Origin: Rhodospirillales bacterium
GTDB taxonomy: Bacteria > Pseudomonadota > Alphaproteobacteria > Bin95
Direction of reading: 5' to 3'
Assembly (NCBI GenBank): GCA_038143065.1
Contig: JAYQLI010000050.1
Coordinates: 2,386-66,385, forward strand
DNA length: 64,000 bases
The notes below the pieces were generated by a model. It made no database searches and was not told the DNA's origin. It worked only from the letters and a program-made list of their open reading frames with translations. This document shows positions 10,879 to 21,706 of the stretch, piece after piece (the first letter of the stretch is position 1; each line of letters opens with the position of its first letter). Both the position numbers and the translations under genes were made by a program.

Positions 10879-11356
10879 TCATTCAAACCCGCCCGAAGGT
10901 CTGCGGCGTTGGTAAAGCGGATGGCATCCACGCCGTGCGGCCTGCGCTCCAAGGCAATTGTGAAGCCCGTCATCGATATAGACGCATTGATCAGAGGGCA
11001 CTTTCGCGTGGTGCAAAGCGTGTTGCCGATTTTCGTAGCCGGGTTTCAAAACGCAAAGCTCGTCGGGCAAGGACGTGTTGTACCAAAGACCTCACCTAAT
11101 TTAGGCTGCACCTTTAGGCCCTCAGGCCATTTTTCCGCGGACCAATCGGTGATGGCATGCAGCGTGACGTCTCTGCCTTTGAGCGCATAAAGCGGGTCCC
11201 AAGTTGCAGACAATTTATCTGGGACAGCGCGGTGTAGCGGCGAATATGCTGCGCCACCCGCGTGCCGTTTTCGCCTAGGTCATCAGCCCAAGCCAGATGA
11301 GGCTGCCAGTCCACAAGGACACCGCCAATTTCGAAGACCACCGTATCGGCAGTCAT
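10879..11356 (-). pseudogene. HAD-superfamily hydrolase embedded between phnI and phnJ, frameshifted
   Basis: MTADTVVFEIGGVLVDW (motif I region) and ...CVYIDDGLHNCLGAQA (motif IV region) in different frames; its ATG overlaps the phnI stop (ATGA at 11353-11356). Confidence 0.6.
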
Positions 11357-12460
11357 TCCGCTGCCTTCGGAACCTGATCGCCCAGGGCTTCTCGGCGCAG
11401 CTTGCGCACCAGCTCTAGCTCAGATTGGAAATCGACGTAATGTGGTAGCTTGATATGCTCAAGAAAGCTCCGTCGCTTTTGATATTATCAGCGGTGGTAC
11501 AGCACGAATTCCGCGTCCTGTGCTGGAGCCCCGACGTTGTCCTCGCCCAGTTCTTCCCAGCGTAACGCGCGATCGACCAGTGCCATCGAAATTGCTTTGC
11601 GTTCGGTCTGACCAAAGACCCAGTCCATAACCGCGCGTAAATTGCGGCGGCTCTGTTTTTGAGCCAGTGAACTGGTTAACCGTTTCGCATTCGGTCAGGG
11701 TGACTTCGCCGATCTCGACCGCGAAGCCCAGTTCGGGGATGTCCATCTCAATCGGAACGGACCCAATACGCAGCTCGCCAACGAAGGCGTGGTTGCAGCC
11801 CGTGGCACACGCTGTGTTGAATAAGCAAGGCCAAGTGTAAAGCCTTCGTCCGCGCGGGTCAGGGCCCAGTGGGTTGTGGCAGCAGCTTTGGCGGGCATTT
11901 CCGAGCGGTTCGCGGGTCAAGTCGTGGGGCGGTGTGTTATCCCAGAGGGCCTGTTCGATCAGCTCTTCAAGGTTCAGAAATTCGGCAACATGAGGCACAT
12001 CGCCTTTGACCAGCGCCGCGGCTCGGAGCTTCAGCCACTTCACCGCCCACGCTGCGGCCAGCTTGAAATCCAGCAAACGGTGGGTGTAGTCAGTGGTTGG
12101 TCCAAGGACTTGTCCTCCTGGCAAGTCTTTGAAGGTCGCTGAAATGCGTCGATCGCAGGCCATTGCACCCGGTGTCCACCGGCTGGGATGCGCCAGCGGG
12201 GCAAGGTGGTGCGGTAAGCACGTATCAGAAAGATTGCCTCGATAAGATCACCACGCGCCTGCTTGATCGCAAGTGCTGCAAGGTCAGGATCATAAAGCGA
12301 GCTCCTCGGCCATAACGCGGTTTACTGCAAGGCTCAGCTGCTCGCGGATTTGTGCGATGCTGAGTTCTGCGACACCCTTGTCCCCCCGGCGTTCTTCGGC
12401 AAGCCAGTGCATGGGCATTCTCGATGGCGCGCTCCCCACCTTTGACAGCGCCGTGTACAT
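11353..12460 (-). pseudogene. phnI: C-P lyase subunit PhnI, multiple frameshifts
   Basis: DRRISATFKDLPGGQVLGPT.DYTHRLLDF matches E. coli ERRISAVYKDIPGGQLLGPTYDYTHRLLDF (recalled from memory); EPPQFTRGYGL; C-terminal KLPHYVDFQSELELVRKL; N-terminal MY..AVKGGERAIENAHAL recoverable with two compensating shifts. Confidence 0.8.
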
Positions 12461-12461
12461 G

Positions 12462-13046
12462 TTACGAGACCTCCGTGGTACGGGGTAGCGCCGCGATTTG
12501 GTGGGGCGGCTGTGAATATGAAATCCAACCCCAGCGGGAATAGCATCCTATTGGCTTGAAAATGCGGCACGTTTCGGTAAGGAAAGCATCGCTTGATCCT
12601 TGATCCCGGGGCCAGACAGCTTAGCGCCCAATGAGGTAAGTTGGGGCGTTTCTACAATCAGAGTGGCAGAACGGTCCGGATATTCCGACGTCCCGACAGG
12701 ATAGGCCGACAGCGGCTCGAGCGCATCCCATGAGCCTACCGCAAACATGCTGCCAGCTCCGCCGGACCAACAAAGGGGAGAACCGATATGGAATGATTAG
12801 CCACTCACGAACATCAGCGCAATCGATCGCGCCCAGTTGCCGGATAAATTCGGCGTTTCAGTGTCAAGCCAAAGGGTCAGTAGGACAGTTCCCGCCGCAG
12901 ACGACAATGAAGCCGGCGGCTCTGCACCTTTCGATGTCTCCGAATGGTCCCGGCGACGGGCCATCGCCTCCATCACAGATCGAAAGGCATGTGCTGACTG
13001 GGTTGCAGGATTAGTGAAGCCGCCAGAGAGGGTGTGTTTGCCTGCA
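12462..13046 (-). pseudogene. phnH: C-P lyase subunit PhnH, frameshifted
   Basis: AHAFRSVMEAMARPGTI, GTSEYPDRSATLIVE, LSGPGIKD, FPLGLDFIFT...LPRTTEVS spread across frames. Confidence 0.7.
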
Positions 13047-13517
13047 TCAGTCTTTTTCTCGCGTCATGGTGAAGAAGTCTACCTTTGTTGCGGCCGCTTT
13101 GGCGCGCGGGCTGCTTTGGCCGCGTTCATTTCTGGCTTCCAGCGGGTTAAGGACCGCTTGGCGTAGCGCGCTGCTTTTTCGGTTTGCATGAGTGCGTCGA
13201 CGAGGGGCTGCGGTTTCAGCATCCGCTTTTCGGCGTCCCTGAATGTAGGCGGGACCTGTTTCGCCGCCGGTTTCCAAAGTCAGGGCGCGCAGCGGGTGAT
13301 GGTCATCTCAACTAAGATTAAACGGGGCGCCGATCGCCCCGGCACGCCCGCGCACCATCGCGCTGCTGCAATCTCAGTGGGCACGCAGCCACGGGTGAAA
13401 TCGGGCGCGCCTCCATTTCACCCTCCAACAAGGCAGCAACACGGCCTTCGGGAGCTTTCGCCAGCTTGCCCATCCACGCTTATGCGCAGAGTTATTTTCG
13501 TGTCCTGTGTCTTTCAT
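13047..13517 (-). pseudogene. phnG: C-P lyase subunit PhnG, frameshifted
   Basis: C-terminal AAATKVDFFTMTREKD (E. coli VDFFTMVRGD, recalled from memory) plus FNL.EMTITRCAL-like core in another frame; its stop abuts the phnH ATG (TGATG). Confidence 0.7.
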
Positions 13518-13576
13518 CCCCGACAACTTGGCTCTCCTCTCCACAACTGTACATATCGTATCAACCATCATTGGCC

Positions 13577-14359
13577 ATGATAGAAGAGTTTTTGTAAATT
13601 CTTTGTGCGACAGCCCCGAAGAGACTTCCTGAGATGGAAAGCCGCTGCAAATGTATCACGGCGCAGCGAATTCGGCGGAAGGGCGCAACAGCCCCGGTGA
13701 CAAGTTACCGACCGAGGCGGCGCTATCGGCGCATTTCGGCGTAAACCGCCATACAGTTCGTCACGGGTTCTCTTGGTTGGATTGATGAAGCGGGCTGGTT
13801 CGCACACGGCGCGGTGCGCGCGCCTATGTGGCTGCGACACCGAACGATTATCCGATTGGGCAATCGTATCCGGTTTCATGAAAAATCTGACCACTGCGGG
13901 ACGCCAACCGTAAAAAACGCGAATCTGACACTGGATACCCGCGCGCGGCAACCGCAGAAGAGGCGCAAGCGTTGCACCTGATAAACAAGCGATACGGTCT
14001 GCGCTTATCACGGGCTGTCCTTGGCGGATGGTCAGCCGATCGCGGCTTTGGAAAGCCTGTTTCCGATCACAAAGCTTTCTGGAAGTGCTGCAGCATTATC
14101 CGAGACAAGCAGCGTCACCGAAGCGCTGGAGCATGGAAGGTATTTATGAACTACACGCGTGTCTCAACCCGGAGTTCACGGCGGTCCGCGCACCCGCGAC
14201 CTCATGCGCTGCTCTTGCAGGGCCGCTGAAAGTGATCCGTTGTTGCGAACGTCCAGAGTGAATGCGTCCGGAGGCTGGTGAGCCTGTCGAATACGGTCGC
14301 ATATGGTTTGCGGGGATCGGGTTACACTGACCCTTTGGACACCTTTTTTGCGCGCGTAG
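13577..14359 (+). pseudogene. phnF: GntR/HutC-family phosphonate regulator PhnF, frameshifted
   Basis: SPGDKLPTEAALSAHFGVNRHTVRH (GntR HTH) followed by UTRA-like segments (...DGQPIAALESLFP..., ...GDRVTLTL) in shifted frames; divergent from phnG. Start and end are approximate. Confidence 0.65.
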
Positions 14360-14361
14360 GC

Positions 14362-15250
14362 CTAGGCCTGACTTGCAGGCCATTTTGGCAAAAGTGGCAC
14401 AGTTTTGTCCTGTTCACGCCCGTTTCCGGCAAGTGCAAGCGCGGCGTGATACAGCATGGTGATCGCTTCCTCATGCTTGATGGGCAGGTTTTTTGCTTCG
14501 CAATCGGAGTGCCGATATCGACTCGGATACCTCTGGCGCTTCCTTGTTGAGCGTTTCATGAAACAAGGTAATGTCGCGCAGGCTTGGATGGATCAAATCA
14601 GCAGAGGTAGAACAATACCGTGAGTTGCGCGCTTCTTCTATCCGCACAGGAATAATCGGCAAATCGAATTTTCGCGCCAAGGTCACAGGCGACGCCATCC
14701 ATGGGCGTTCATGAAGCCGGAAACCGCGCCGCTTTGGCTAATCGCCCTGACGGAAAGATAACGCCAAGACGCCCCGACCTCGACCGCCTGTTTTGTGTAA
14801 ATCATCGTTGCGCGTGTCTCAGTTTGGGTGCGCCGGTCGACCCGCCATTCGACGGGGGGCAATCATATCTTCCATCTGTGGAAGGGAGGCGCAAAATATC
14901 GCTATTAGCGAAGAAATATGTATCGGGCCGCTTCTTCGTCGCAAGCAGTCGGTGCAGGATGATCCCGGGTCCGCGATCCCGGTTGGATGGTTAGCCACAA
15001 TCAGCCCCGGACCGGATGCGGGGTATTCTCAAGCCCTGAGCAGGGTCACACGCTGGGTCAAAAGCCGGCCGAGATGGTCCATGATTTTTGTTGCTGGGCC
15101 AGTCATGCGCATCTGATTTTGTGAGTTCAAGGGCCTTTTCATAGCTCAACAGGCGATCAAGAGCAGGCACGGGCCACGCGCGCAAAAGGCCGGTTGACGG
15201 ACAGCCATTTTGCGCGTTCTTCAATCAATGGATCAATCTCGATCTTTCAT
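14362..15250 (-). pseudogene. PlsC-like acyltransferase (high-GC paralogue of 23255-24148), heavily frameshifted
   Basis: KFDLPIIPVRIEEARNSRY...LIHPSLRDITLFHETLNK parallels KYNCPLIPVHIAARNSYLF...MIHPTLRDITLFKETLNK; N-terminal IDPLIEERAKWL parallels IDRLIHERAPWL. Confidence 0.55.
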
Positions 15251-15454
15251 ATCGGTTTATTTCCATAGAATTGAAACAGCTCTTATGACAGTTAAGACTT
15301 TTCCGCCGTTCCTGAGTTATCGTGCGGGTTTATTGAAATCAGGGAGCCCTCGCCCAAAAGGCGAGGGCCGAGAGGGCTTTGTCAGGCTGACGGGAGGGGG
15401 AGGATCAATGCGTTACGCGAAGGTAAGGGCCTATCTGCCCCCATGCAGCTTGTA

Positions 15455-15960
15455 TTAGGTCATCGTTGCGGACCAATCAGAGAAGATGCCCACGACGCCA
15501 CGACCTGCGGCCAATGCGTCGATATATTCATACATCACCCATCACTATTGGTGATGTCTGCAATGGACTAACAGTACCAGACGCCACCGGACATGAGAGG
15601 GCCAGGCCGCTCTCGATTGTCAATGTGATGATCTCCAGTCGCCTGCTTTGGCTTGCACAGCCAACTCTGACGGTACGATTTCTCCGTCTGCGGATGCGTT
15701 GCAATCAGCATCCGCGTTCGCGGTGCGATGTAGTTCACACCTGACTGATATTTCAGCTCTCCAGCGTGTTGGGTGACGTGCCCGCAACCATGGGGGAATA
15801 GCACTTCGCTAAGCTCTACCATCCATCAAATAAACCGCCTGCGCACCCCAGTTCCGTTCCGCTTCGATCAAATAGAGCACATCTTCGAGGTTAAGAGATT
15901 GAAGCCAAACACCGTCCCGCATCTGATCAATGAGGTAGTAGCGGACCATATTCCATGTTT
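15455..15960 (-). pseudogene. Glycerophosphodiester-phosphodiesterase-like protein, 5'-truncated and frameshifted
   Basis: C-terminal ...YEYIDALAAGRGVVGIFSDWSATMT and upstream QSLNLEDVLYLIEAE, GVNYIAPR; family assignment from memory of GDPD-like C-termini, so weak. Confidence 0.35.
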
Positions 15961-16130
15961 TCAATTATTTGTGCTGTGACTGGCAAAGCTCCGTAGCACG
16001 TCAAAATGAGCAGCAGTGTTTCGCATTTTTATTTTCTACAATTGTATTGTTGGAAGGATCGAATGCGAACATGACAGAGAGTGATAGTTATACGAAGAAA
16101 CCACTATTTTGTACGAAGCGGGGCTTGCGC

Positions 16131-16250
16131 TCAACTTCTATACTGTTCTTCAAACTTGAAGCCGTATTCAGAGGACAGGACACAATCAGGGGACAGCGCA
16201 TATGTCTGGTTACGCAGGAAATCCATTATAAAGACGTCTGCATAACGGGC
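16131..16250 (-). pseudogene. C-terminal about 40 codons of a second PlsC-like acyltransferase (high-GC paralogue of 22383-23261), cut by the IS5 element
   Basis: MDFLRNQTYALSPDCVLSSEYGFKFEEQYRS parallels MDYLRQKTYELSTNADLGLEYGYEFEDKYKP. Confidence 0.4.
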
Positions 16251-17413
16251 TTGATTTTGGCTGGAAGTTTGATCATTCGTCTTGTCGCGCAGAGTTTTCA
16301 GCGGACGCAAAGCGTTTGAGGGTTTGGTTATGCGATTGCGAGGGTTTGCGGTTGGGAGGGTTATTTTGTTTGCGGCCTTGATGGTATTGCCTGATCGTCG
16401 CCATCGCCAGTTGGGCGTGGGTTTTGGTGACGCCAAAGGCGTGCGCGGTGCAAGCCAAAGAGATGCAGCCCAATGGGCAGCCGAAGCATTGCTCACCCGA
16501 AACCGCGCCGGCGTTTGGAATCAGCTTGTTGAAGCGCTTTTCCGAGGCCCGCAGCGACGATTGCGCGCCGCCTTCCTCATGATCCCGTCGCGGTGTTTGT
16601 CACGCAAACTGGCGCGGTTGGCCTTGCTTGCATAGGCCTTGTCCGCCAGCACGCGCTGTGCTTTCGCGCCTTCGATCATGGTTTCAAATTGGGGGCTCTC
16701 GGCCTGGTTGGCAGGGGTGGTGTGGACCTTATCGACAAATCCTTCCTCATCCGTGCGGGCAAAGGCCTTGTAGCCGAGTGTGGATTTGGCCTCTTTTACC
16801 CAACGCGCATCCGGATCGGCGCTGTAATACATCTGCGGATCATCCGGGGCTTCGCCTTCGGCCCGATCTTCGGGCGCGTCGATATGGGTGCGGGGCCGGG
16901 CAGCGCTTTCCACCAAAGTCGCGTCGATGATCGCGGCCTCGGCCTCCTTGAGCTTAAGCCCATGCGCCTCGATCTGACGGCAAACCTCAGCCAGAAGATC
17001 GTCGTAAACACCACCTTTCACCAAGGCGTTGCGAAAGCGACAATGGGTCGTCTCATCCGGTACGGGAGCGTGCAGATTGAGCCCGCAAAAGATCATGAAA
17101 TCCAGCCGAACCTTCAGCGCCCGCTCCAGCTTGGGGTCGCTCAGACCGTGCCATTGTCCAATCAGCAGGCACTTGAACAGGACCAGTGGATCATAACCTT
17201 GGGGGCCGACACCGGAACGTCCAAGACCGCGTTTGAGAATGGGCGAAAACGACGACCAATCCATCAGCGCATCAATCTTGGCCAAGGCATCATCGACCCC
17301 AATCCGATCCACCGCTTCACGCAAAAATAGGTCCATGAAAACATCCTCGAAAAACTGCGAAAACCATACAAGCTCCAGACAGTTCAGGGAATCCCGTCGT
17401 TACGCAGAGGTCT
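16232..17413 (-). mobile_element. IS5-family insertion sequence, copy A (transposase frameshifted near its C-terminus)
   Basis: The 271-aa ORF 16521-17336 (FKCLLIGQWHGLSDPKLERAL, RFRN, DATLVESAARP, ADKAYASKANR) has its C-terminal FGVTKTHAQLAMA in another frame. Imperfect terminal inverted repeats AGACGTCTGCATAACG (16232) and AGACCTCTGCGTAACG (reverse complement at 17413) match 14/16. Confidence 0.8.
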
Positions 17414-17662
17414 TCATGCTTTTTCCGACGCTCGAAAAAGCCGACAGAGTGTCTGGTGAAATCGGGTCTCCGATGGTGATCTTGACCGGCTTTTTCTGTG
17501 CGCCTGCGGAATTCATTCAGCAAAAGCGCGACTCGCAGATTATAATGGATATGGCTGCTACTGATGAATTTTTGACCCTGCCAGCCCATTTACAATTTGA
17601 ATATGTACTTCTTATTTTTTATCCATAGACAGCAAACTCAACCTTTTTTGAACGGACTAGTC

Positions 17663-18880
17663 TTATTCCGTTTGAATGTACTATTTTTCCATTAGAGATT
17701 GTTTGCAGCAACTACATGGGGGCCTTCTTCTAACCAATTTAGCAACAACAAATCCCCTCTCTTTCCAATTTCAATAATTCCCCTATCGTTTATTCTCATT
17801 GCAGCTGCTGATCCTCCGGATATCAAACTCAGAGACGTTCAAGGGGTTCCTCGTCGCTCTCGATGAAGCTTGTGAATTGCTCCAAGTAATGCTGGGTAGT
17901 AATAGTCTGATGCCAGCACGTCGCATAAACCGTCCTCGACCATATCACGCACTCACCGAGTTCAGTATGACTGCCCCCTCTAAGTACATTGGGTGCTCCA
18001 AACACCGTAATATCATTTTCATTTTTAGCATGCTGAGTGACCTCTGCAGTCATTGGGAATTCGGTAGTTTTGGACCCAAGCTTACGGAAGAAATCTCTGG
18101 TTTCAATTTGCGTATCATCATGACTGAGCAGAGGTATGTTTCTAAGGTTTGACAATTTTAGCAAGCTCTTTTATTTTGTTTTGGAACTTCGGGTTTTTCT
18201 CTCCCAAATTTTCCCCAACTTTTCTAGATAATCTTTCTCGCTCATACCGGACCTCTTAACCTTTGAGCCAATTCTGTCGGTCAATCTTGGATCTTTCAAA
18301 TTAGCTGCTTCAAAGTCGAGCGAATGTTCAAATGGTCTTTGCTGCAGTGTAGTGTTGAATGGACGCATAGGTAATTGAGGTGTGGTCGTTGAAAGCCAGT
18401 GCTGAGAGTAAAGTATTCAAAAACGATTTCTCAATAAATTCAATTGCCTCAAATGCGAAGGTTTCCCACCTTATTTGGATTCTGTTTTCGACTTGACAAA
18501 TAATTGGAAAATCTGTCTATGAAAGATATAAGTTTTTGAGAGCTATCAATTGACCGTAGACCGTCTTCCCAGCTGAATGTAATCGCATGATAACCAGTGG
18601 TGATACCATTTGTTGCAAGTTGTTTATCTGTCTCTTTAATTGCTATTTCCAGAGGTATTTTTACACCAGGTCTTGCAGCATAATTTGTCTTTCGAATGAG
18701 TCGCCATGAACGTCAATCAAGAGGGCGTCAGAAGAAAACCTTTCCCATGATTGTAATATCAGCTCTAAAGTTATCACCGATTCCAGCAATAAGCCCATTT
18801 TCAATTAACACGCATGTTTCAACCGTACCGGTTGGTAGAAGAACATTAGCGCCCTGAATAAGAATTGATTGAGTATTCAT
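17663..18880 (-). pseudogene. phnM: Alpha-D-ribose 1-methylphosphonate 5-triphosphate diphosphatase PhnM (low-GC version), frameshifted
   Basis: SHDDTQIETRDFF..TTEFPMTAEV...VFGAPNVLRGGSH (17829-18164); N-terminal MNTQSILIQGANVLLP...; C-terminal IGKRGDLLLL in other frames. Confidence 0.75.
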
Positions 18881-18899
18881 TTTTAATCCACATACTTTC

Positions 18900-19745
18900 T
18901 TATTGATAATTGAACTGAATTACCGAGAAATAATTTTTTGCCTGGCGTAATTGCTGATTTGCTCGATCCCTAAGACAAGTGAAAATCATTCCAATTATAA
19001 CCATCGCCCGGTCATATGAGAAAAAATTGAATAAGCTTTGTAATTGTAAGCCGATGCCTCCGGCCCCGACAATTCCGAGAATTACAGAAGACCTAATCGC
19101 TTTTTCAAATGCAAATAGCGAAGTTGCAATAAGACCTAGCATGGCTGCAGGGATGACAGCTGAAAAAGTTGCATCTATTTTGGTGGCTCCACAACACTCC
19201 AAAGCTTCTGCAGGACTTTTATCAACCTCTTCCATTTCTTCAGCAAAAAATCGCCCACAGAACCCTATTGTGTCCACCATAATAGCGAGTGTACCAGCAA
19301 AAGACCCAAGACCAACCACTACCCACAAATATTATAGCCCAGACTAGGTCAGGTACAGTTCTGAAAAATGCAATTAACCCTTTAGAAAAAATTCCTATGG
19401 GTCTGAGATAAGGAGAGGTGAACAATAAATTTTTAGAGGCCAGCAATGCCAGAACAAATCCAAATATAACGCCCAGTACAGTTCCAGCAAAAGCCATCTG
19501 AATTGTCTCTATGCAAAGCATCCAAATATCTAAAAAATGCATCCCAGGTAATTCGATTGCTCTGAGAAGGGCGGAAATGCTCTTTTAAGAAAATCCATTA
19601 GGTATTCTGGGCTTTCTATCAACTTAGAAACAGAAAACCCAGACCCAGAGAATGACCAGGCTGAAAATAATGAGAATACTATTATTATTAACAAATAAAA
19701 ATGTAATTTGGAGGGAAGGCGGGCTGGTGCGTCATCCATATTCAC
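18900..19745 (-). pseudogene. phnE: Phosphonate ABC transporter permease PhnE, at least 3 frameshifts
   Basis: LAIMVDTIGFCGRFFAEEMEEVDKSPAEALECCGATK, SSVILGIVGAGGIGLQL in fragments 18900-19328, 19240-19542 and 19530-19745; a 2-bp deletion relative to copy B destroys the C-terminus. Confidence 0.75.
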
Positions 19746-19785
19746 TTATGAGATCCTTTTGATTTTAGCATATTTGTTTTTTCGT

Positions 19786-20493
19786 CTAAGCTAATTTTTC
19801 CATTTTCAGCGCAATGGTTCCATCGGCATAATCCAAAACCTGGTCAGTATTGTGAGAGGTAAATAAGAGTGTAATATTTTGTTCTTTACACAATTTAAAA
19901 AACAGATCCATGACCTGTTGGCCTGCTACAGGATCGAGACTTGCAGCAGGCTCATCCACGATAATGATTTCTGGGTTTTGCATGAGGGCTCGAGACAATT
20001 GCCACTCTGCTGCGATTGACCTCCTGACAGTGAGTCAGCTCTTTTAGAGCTAAGCTCTCCAACCCCACCATCTTTAAGCAATCTACAGCTTTTGATCTAA
20101 TCGCACCTGATGCGGTTACATGTGTCCATCTAGTGATAGCCGAGAGCGGAAGCATAGAACTAGTATTGGCTTCACCAATGCCTCCATGAATAACATTTGA
20201 AAGCACAGACAAACGTGGAACTAGGTTGTGCTTTTGGAACACGACGCCAACTTTGGATCTTAATTTCCTAAGTGCAGATTGTGATAGATTATTCACTCTA
20301 TTTTCAAATATATCGACTGAGCCACTATCTGGTTTTGTCAAAAGAGGATGCATTTTATTAAAGTTGATTTGCCCGCGCCATTGGAGCCAATAATGGATAT
20401 GGCTTCGCCTTTTGATACCTCGAAGTTCAACCCGTTGAGTACATTCTTATCGTTGTAAGACTTGTGGAGATTAGATACTGTTAAAGTTTTCAT
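19786..20493 (-). pseudogene. phnC: Phosphonate ABC transporter ATP-binding protein PhnC, frameshifted
   Basis: MKTLTVSNLHKSYNDKNVLNGLNFEV (start at 20493), VGVVFQKHNLVPRLSVLSNV, IIIVDEPAASLDP in different frames. Confidence 0.75.
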
Positions 20494-20506
20494 GCCAAAA
20501 CCTAGC

Positions 20507-20536
20507 GCAGTCCCAGGTGTGACAATCTGGGACTGC
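20507..20536 (-). promoter_or_regulatory. Perfect 10-bp stem hairpin in the phnD-phnC intercistronic gap
   Basis: GCAGTCCCAG-gtgtgacaat-CTGGGACTGC, between the phnD stop (20551) and the phnC start (20493); typical position for an mRNA-stabilising hairpin after a binding-protein gene. Confidence 0.4.
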
Positions 20537-20550
20537 TATATGATATTTTA

Positions 20551-21449
20551 TCAATCTAAAGTGAACTCAGGCATGCCGACTGCAACATACATTTCTCTAA
20601 CCACATCGTAGTCTCGAGTCTACTACGGGGACTAGCCTAGTCCCCTTGTATTTGGAATGGGCAGAAGAACCGTCATTAGCATCGACACCTCTGAAAGTGC
20701 CTCCAATAACATTGTTTCATTTTCTACAATTGCATTTTTGATTGTGTCATATTCTTGACCTTTTGATATGCCCACCTGCCATAATCATATCCATGGGTAG
20801 ATCACCTGAACGAAGCAAGACCTTGTAATCACCATTTCCTGTAGGTTCTTTGCTCCTATCATTTTTTATCCAACTTCTGACATTCGTGGCCATGGCGTCT
20901 GTATCACCGCGCACCATTGCAGGGTGTTGTAAGGATTTACTTGTAAAAACTGCTTCAATATCAGTAAGAGGATCGATGCCATAATCCTTAAGTAACTTCA
21001 TTGGACAGAAGTGATAAAGTAGACCCCTGTTTGAAAGAAATCTTCTTTCCTTTTAGATCAGATGCCTTTGTGTAACCGTCCGCTGTTTTTACCACTATGC
21101 CACAATAATAATCAGGTCGTGCTATCCCGATCATTGCTTCGCCGTTTGTGAGCTTGTTTATAGCAACATACTCGGCAGGTCCTGTGAAGGCTAAGTCGAC
21201 TTTGCCAGCTCGCATCGCTTCCGCTGCTCCGGTATGACTGGCGACTTGTATCAATTTCATCTCTGCGTTCAGTATTGATCCCAGCGCTTCTGCCAATGGA
21301 CCCCATTCAGAAATCATTTCTTCCATAGATTCAGCATCAGTCACCGTCATCGTGTAGGTCTTGCTATGTGACCCAGCTAATACAACGTTGGTAGAAGCTA
21401 ATATAAATGTTGCAATTATGGCCGATAATTGGCGCTTAAGATTTGTCAT
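20551..21449 (-). pseudogene. phnD: Phosphonate ABC transporter substrate-binding protein PhnD, frameshifted
   Basis: MTNLKRQLSAIIATFILAS (signal peptide), AMRAGKVDLAFTGPAEYV, GIARPDYYCGIVV, C-terminal VVDSDYDVVREMYVAVGMPEFTLD in shifted frames. Confidence 0.75.
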
Positions 21450-21499
21450 TTTTGATTTGCTCCATGTAAATAACAATACAGGGTGGAAATCATAAAATT

Positions 21500-21517
21500 A
21501 TGACAGCTCAATGACGG
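21500..21517 (-). promoter_or_regulatory. Pho box (PhoB-binding site) upstream of phnD
   Basis: The minus strand reads CCGTCAT-TGAG-CTGTCAT (7-4-7 direct repeat; consensus CTGTCAT-N4-CTGTCAT), followed by TATGAT, about 50 nt upstream of the phnD ATG. Confidence 0.5.
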
Positions 21518-21706
21518 CAGTATTAAATTTTGGTAAAAAGATTGTTAAATTTGTATTGCAAATTGTGAAAGAAATGTGAACCGATCATGCCAGCGTTAGC
21601 ATACTCGTTACTGATGCCCTTTGCAGCATACGTATTTGTGGTTCGTTGTGAGTAGAATATAAGAGCCAGATCAAAAGACTTTCTGAAACGGCGCTATTGG
21701 CGGCTC

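Noticed and set aside
12730-14011. Several 90-150-aa ORFs on both strands (12730-13014, 12837-13166, 13188-13580, 13568-14011), and their copies at +26610
   Set aside because: They are out-of-frame or antisense readings of the decayed phnH, phnG and phnF genes. Their Arg/Ala/Pro-rich composition is typical of wrong-frame GC-rich sequence.
16593-17330. 245-aa plus-strand ORF
   Set aside because: It lies antisense to the IS5 transposase gene. It is a typical shadow ORF in GC-rich DNA with no recognisable motifs.
18979-19347. 122-aa plus-strand ORF (and 45532-46011 in copy B)
   Set aside because: It lies antisense to phnE, and the minus-strand frames carry the PhnE motifs.
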